Part shown: positions 16,663 to 20,000 of the stretch, piece by piece | How the letters are laid out: the number at the start of each line of letters is the position of its first letter | How positions within the stretch are numbered: position 1 is the stretch's first letter | IMG/VR virus record: IMGVR_UViG_3300021378_000017 | Direction: 5' to 3' (one strand) | Source of the DNA: an uncultured virus (IMG/VR IMGVR_UViG_3300021378_000017) | Taxonomy: Duplodnaviria; Heunggongvirae; Uroviricota; Caudoviricetes | Length of the DNA: 20,000 bases | Notes under the pieces: generated by a model | The model's database searches: none | The model's input: the letters and a program-made list of their open reading frames with translations, nothing else | What the model was told of the DNA's origin: nothing | Program-made: the position numbers and the translations under genes

Positions 16663-17628
16663 TTATCCTGTCATAAAGTCGATTGGATCTTCCCAGACCA
16701 AGCGAGCTTCTTCTGTTAATTCTTTTATTTCTTCTTTGGCGTCTTCTAAGATTTGTCGTCCGTTAAATGTAACGCCACCTGGCATTACCATTCCTTCAAA
16801 CTTTGATAGGTTAATACCCCATTGCATTTTAATTAATGCTGTGGCATATCGTTTAAGAAAGTAATCGTTATATACATCAGTGTATGCGTCTGGATCTAAA
16901 ACTCTTTGGCATTCTACTATAATGTATGAACCAATAACAACTTCAGTTTTCCAATTCATATCTATTCTTAGATTGTTTCTATGGACATTAAAATCTATAT
17001 GTTTATCGTCTGTATCAACTATTAAATCTAATAGCGATAACCAAGATTGTGTCATATAGTATTCTGATAAGTTCCCCATAAATCCTAATGAATATATATC
17101 ATTTAAATGTAATTGGTAATCAATACTAAACATGTCAGTAGTGTGATTCTCATTAAATGGAAATACTCTCGTTACTTGTTTAACCAAGTCTGGAGTAGGA
17201 AGATAGCCATTTTCTATATCTCCTAAAGTAATAGAAGATATGGTTCCGGTTGTACTAGAAGTACCTCCAGTTACTACTTCATTAGCCTGAAAAGGCAAAT
17301 TAGGATTACCTAGTGAATCATATACTAAGTTTGAACCTGCAGTAGTGTTATGAACTATAGCCGTAGCTCCAGATGTTCCACCGGTAATGGTTTCACCTAC
17401 CGTAAAATTCTCAGCAACAGATGCTGATAAAGCTAAGGTGCTTCCAGTTACTTGATGTTTTAAAAAGACCTTTTCAATGGCATCTGCATGAAACGTATTG
17501 TAAAATTGAAAAGCTTCATCAATTCTATCTTCGATTTGATCTTCATCTACATTAATTTCAATGACAGGTGCACCTAATGATCTTAAACAATAATCAATTA
17601 ATGTTGTTCTTGAATTAGGCTTTGCCAT
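16663..17628 (-). CDS. gp13: Neck protein gp13, with internal insertion
   Basis: Segments LIDYCLRSLGAPVIEINVDEDQIEDRIDEA and FLKRYATALIKMQWGINLSKF..MPGGVTFNG. Confidence 0.95.
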   Translation of the reverse strand: MAKPNSRTTLIDYCLRSLGAPVIEINVDEDQIEDRIDEAFQFYNTFHADAIEKVFLKHQVTGSTLALSASVAENFTVGETITGGTSGATAIVHNTTAGSNLVYDSLGNPNLPFQANEVVTGGTSSTTGTISSITLGDIENGYLPTPDLVKQVTRVFPFNENHTTDMFSIDYQLHLNDIYSLGFMGNLSEYYMTQSWLSLLDLIVDTDDKHIDFNVHRNNLRIDMNWKTEVVIGSYIIVECQRVLDPDAYTDVYNDYFLKRYATALIKMQWGINLSKFEGMVMPGGVTFNGRQILEDAKEEIKELTEEARLVWEDPIDFMTG

Positions 17629-17642
17629 TTTTTAGTCCTCTA

Positions 17643-17924
17643 TTAAGCAATAACGCCAAGCGCCATTTTGTGTTGTACTCCAGCCATAACTTCTTCAACT
17701 CTAACTAATGTAGCATCGTTGTCATAAGCGCCGTCTGAATCAAAACAAACATTAACCATACGAGTATGAGTTTTGTTGGGTGAGTATGAATCATCAGTAA
17801 AGACTACTTCAACATCAGTTACATCACTTTCAGTCTCAATTGTTTCACCTTCGTTATCTGGATCTGGCATAGACGTGGTTCTTTTTCCAGTATATGCGTC
17901 CGCAATATTATATGTAATTGCCAT
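17643..17924 (-). CDS. Hypothetical protein (93 aa, acidic), probably late/virion-associated
   Basis: Strong AGGAG SD; first gene after the late promoter at 17970; no recognised family. Confidence 0.8.
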   Translation of the reverse strand: MAITYNIADAYTGKRTTSMPDPDNEGETIETESDVTDVEVVFTDDSYSPNKTHTRMVNVCFDSDGAYDNDATLVRVEEVMAGVQHKMALGVIA

Positions 17925-17969
17925 TTTATTTCTCCTAATAATTTAGCATGAGGTTAATTCCTCTGTATC

Positions 17970-17977
17970 TATTTATA
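17970..17977 (-). promoter_or_regulatory. T4-type late promoter for the 93-aa ORF and gp13-gp17
   Basis: Intergenic TATAAATA. Confidence 0.87.
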
Positions 17978-17989
17978 ATAGTTTTTTAC

Positions 17990-18172
17990 TTAACTTGTAA
18001 ATAATGCAGCATGCGCATCTTGAACTAGCTGTAACTTATCACTAACATCTGCTCCTGCAACTAAGATGTCCTGTGAACCATCACTATAATCTACTTGCAT
18101 AGTAGCGGGTGCTATGGTAGGCACTGTTCTATCAGGGTGCCATGCTATATATGTTACTGTCTTACTTGACAT
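17990..18172 (-). CDS. Hypothetical protein (60 aa), likely translationally coupled to the tail fibre
   Basis: Start overlaps the fibre 3' end by 11 nt; GAGG SD lies within the fibre gene; fills the gap on the coding strand. Confidence 0.72.
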   Translation of the reverse strand: MSSKTVTYIAWHPDRTVPTIAPATMQVDYSDGSQDILVAGADVSDKLQLVQDAHAALFTS

Positions 18173-20000
18173 TTTTTATTTCCTCTATTTCTTGTTTCAA
18201 GTCTTTTACTTGTTGTGTTAATTCTTTTACTGCCTCAACAAGAAGTGCAGTAGCATTTCCATACTTCACTCCGTATTGGTCAACATCTTCTGCATAACTT
18301 ACTAATTCTGGTACAACCTCGTTTACTTCTTGAGCAATAAAACCAATTTCTTTTGTTTTATCTTCATCATCAATTTTGTTATAGTATACACCTTCTAGTT
18401 TGTTTACTTTTTCAAGTGCATTATCAATAGGTATTATATTTTCTTTTACTCGTCTATCAGAGTAAGCAGTAATATTACTAGTAGCATAAATTTGTCCTGA
18501 CACATAAAGACTGTAGCTTGAAGAAGTAGCAGCATCACAGACCCCTAAACAATCATTGCCCTGATGAAAATATGTCATCCAGCCAACGCCGGATTCTCTA
18601 TAATCCCCACCATTACCACCAGAATCATACATACCAATAACAACATCACCGCCATGATCAAGCATAATACCAGTATATGAATTTCTACTACCATCTATTC
18701 TCCAAGTACCATAAGTTGTTCCTGTATTTGGATAGAAATGAGCACCGTTTGTAGATGATGAATAAATACCGTGACTAGTAACATCTATCCAATCCGAAAT
18801 TTTCAAATAACCGCTTCCATTGGTTCTTAAAACAACATTATCTCCATTTAATGCAGAATTCAAGCCATCAAGTAAATCAGCATCTAGACCTGATCCAGAG
18901 CCGTCGTTGCCACTGCCCCATTGCTGATTCCATGAACCCCAAGTGTTATTTGAGACTTGTCTGTGCCACAGTTTATTTTGTCCGTACTGACCGAATAATT
19001 GCCACCCATAATGGGCGCTGGAATTATGTCTAACTTGCATACCATGAATATGACTGGTACCTGATGGGAAATTACTTCCTGACCAAGCATCAATAAATCC
19101 TGCACGTGGTGTAGAAGTAAATACATCATTTAGGTTATGACCGCTAGATCCTGGGAATACTCCATATGCGTTAGTTCCACGATTAAAATATGTACTATCA
19201 ATGCCATCCAACAAGTTAGAATCTGCCGCCTTTCCACTAGTTGTTAAGAACGCAGAAGCCTGATTTCCATCTAATAAATCAGCATCTAATCCTGAACCTG
19301 AACCGTCGTTGCCATCTGTCCATATTTTTTGCCATCCATAACCTGAACCGCCGTTTGCCCACCAACCTCTTAAAAAAGTATTAGAAGGATTACCAGCAGC
19401 CATAGCCATTTGCATACCATGGAAATAACTAGAGCCATTTCCATAGTGCATTGCTTGGAACCCGTTCCAATGTGTCCCTGTTGGTGGTTTTCCTGCACCG
19501 CCATTCCAGTTATCTATAAATCCACACCCTCTTTGAAGTAATCCGTCAAAGGTTGTATCATTGTGGGAATTAGCACCTGTATGATACTGGGTGCCGGTGG
19601 CATAATCCATTCTATCATATTCATGTGCAGTGAGTCCCATTCTGACTTTAAAATCAGATTTACCATAAGGTCTTATGTAATTATCAGTAGAAGCATAGAC
19701 TTTAGTCCAATCATGACTTAAAGCTTCAGTACCTATATTTGTGTTAATGTAACCAAGATTCAAGTAACCATTAGCATCTCTAATGGGTACTGTATTAGCA
19801 GCGTTATAAGTTGTAGAAGCATGATATCCATCAAGTAAATCTGCATCTAGACCTGAGCCTGAGCCATCGTTAGATGCTCCCCAGACACTTCCAGTAACAC
19901 TTGACCACATTCCATCGCCTAGCGCCCACTGTAAAGTACCGTTAGCTCTACCGTTTAACTGATGACCTAATCCTGCCGCAGAATTTCCTGAGTAACCAGT
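18162..20000 (-). CDS. Tail fibre / receptor-binding protein with C-terminal peptidase S74 intramolecular chaperone domain; 5' end lies beyond the window
   Basis: The frame stays open from 20000 (TGYSGNSAAGLGHQLNGRANGTLQWALGDG then M at 19910), so 19910 is probably internal. Gly/Asn/Ser/Trp-rich, with NDGSGSGLDADLLDG repeats and C-terminal AYSDRRVKENI...GFIAQEV..VVPELV...LLVEAVKEL coiled coil. Confidence 0.9.
   Translation of the reverse strand, partial: TGYSGNSAAGLGHQLNGRANGTLQWALGDGMWSSVTGSVWGASNDGSGSGLDADLLDGYHASTTYNAANTVPIRDANGYLNLGYINTNIGTEALSHDWTKVYASTDNYIRPYGKSDFKVRMGLTAHEYDRMDYATGTQYHTGANSHNDTTFDGLLQRGCGFIDNWNGGAGKPPTGTHWNGFQAMHYGNGSSYFHGMQMAMAAGNPSNTFLRGWWANGGSGYGWQKIWTDGNDGSGSGLDADLLDGNQASAFLTTSGKAADSNLLDGIDSTYFNRGTNAYGVFPGSSGHNLNDVFTSTPRAGFIDAWSGSNFPSGTSHIHGMQVRHNSSAHYGWQLFGQYGQNKLWHRQVSNNTWGSWNQQWGSGNDGSGSGLDADLLDGLNSALNGDNVVLRTNGSGYLKISDWIDVTSHGIYSSSTNGAHFYPNTGTTYGTWRIDGSRNSYTGIMLDHGGDVVIGMYDSGGNGGDYRESGVGWMTYFHQGNDCLGVCDAATSSSYSLYVSGQIYATSNITAYSDRRVKENIIPIDNALEKVNKLEGVYYNKIDDEDKTKEIGFIAQEVNEVVPELVSYAEDVDQYGVKYGNATALLVEAVKELTQQVKDLKQEIEEIKNVK
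18865..19871. repeat. Three dispersed 44-nt imperfect direct repeats encoding NDGSGSGLDADLLDG
   Basis: Copies at 18865-18908, 19267-19310 and 19828-19871; identical peptide, only synonymous differences. Confidence 0.93.

Noticed and set aside
515..17628. Introns, inteins or homing endonucleases in gp17, gp20, gp23, uvsW or gp47
   Set aside because: All ORFs are uninterrupted and of ordinary length, with no splice or endonuclease motifs seen.
171..19129. Plus-strand and alternate-frame ORFs in the track (e.g. 171-368, 1701-1910, 5914-6114, 7678-7986, 8633-9055, 10996-11418, 13832-14023, 18884-19129)
   Set aside because: They overlap well-conserved genes, have biased shadow-frame composition (e.g. 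Ser-rich opposite Glu-rich gp22) and resemble no recognisable protein.
1..20000. Stop-codon reassignment or programmed readthrough
   Set aside because: TAG (gp17, gp19, Sm-like ORF), TGA (gp47, 67-aa ORF) and TAA all end genes at expected positions, and no conserved gene is fragmented.
18162..20000. Diversity-generating retroelement or invertase-shufflon target in the tail fibre
   Set aside because: The repeats are direct, differ at synonymous sites rather than specifically at adenines, and no reverse transcriptase or recombinase is in the window.
1..20000. tRNA, rRNA, CRISPR array or auxiliary metabolic genes
   Set aside because: Intergenic gaps are all short and accounted for; no cloverleaf, regular repeat-spacer pattern or metabolic ORF was seen.

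Overview
This window is the conserved core of a T4-like (myovirus-type) bacteriophage genome. It is AT-rich, uses the standard genetic code, and every real gene is on the minus strand. Reading right to left: the 3' part of a modular tail fibre with a C-terminal S74 chaperone domain, two small unknown ORFs, gp13-gp14-gp15 (neck), gp16-gp17 (terminase), gp18-gp19 (sheath, tube), gp20 (portal), a 56-aa gp67-like ORF missed by the ORF track, gp21-gp22-gp23 (protease, scaffold, major capsid), a terminator, gp3, uvsY, uvsW, an Sm-like ORF, a 67-aa possibly AbrB-like ORF, gp55 (late sigma), gp47 and the start of gp46. This order resembles marine/environmental T4-like phages more than T4 itself; the host cannot be determined from the window. 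Six perfect TATAAATA late-promoter boxes were found, all on the coding strand. The most unusual region lies between uvsW and gp55. Two near-identical TGTACA-N17-TATAAT promoters point away from each other: one serves gp55, the other fires antisense into the Sm-like gene and uvsW with a G-clustered 5' end and converges on a late-promoter box embedded in uvsW. Also notable: a shared two-repeat module grafted into all three neck proteins, and three 44-nt repeats separating tail-fibre modules. All protein assignments are from recognised motifs and synteny; no searches were run.
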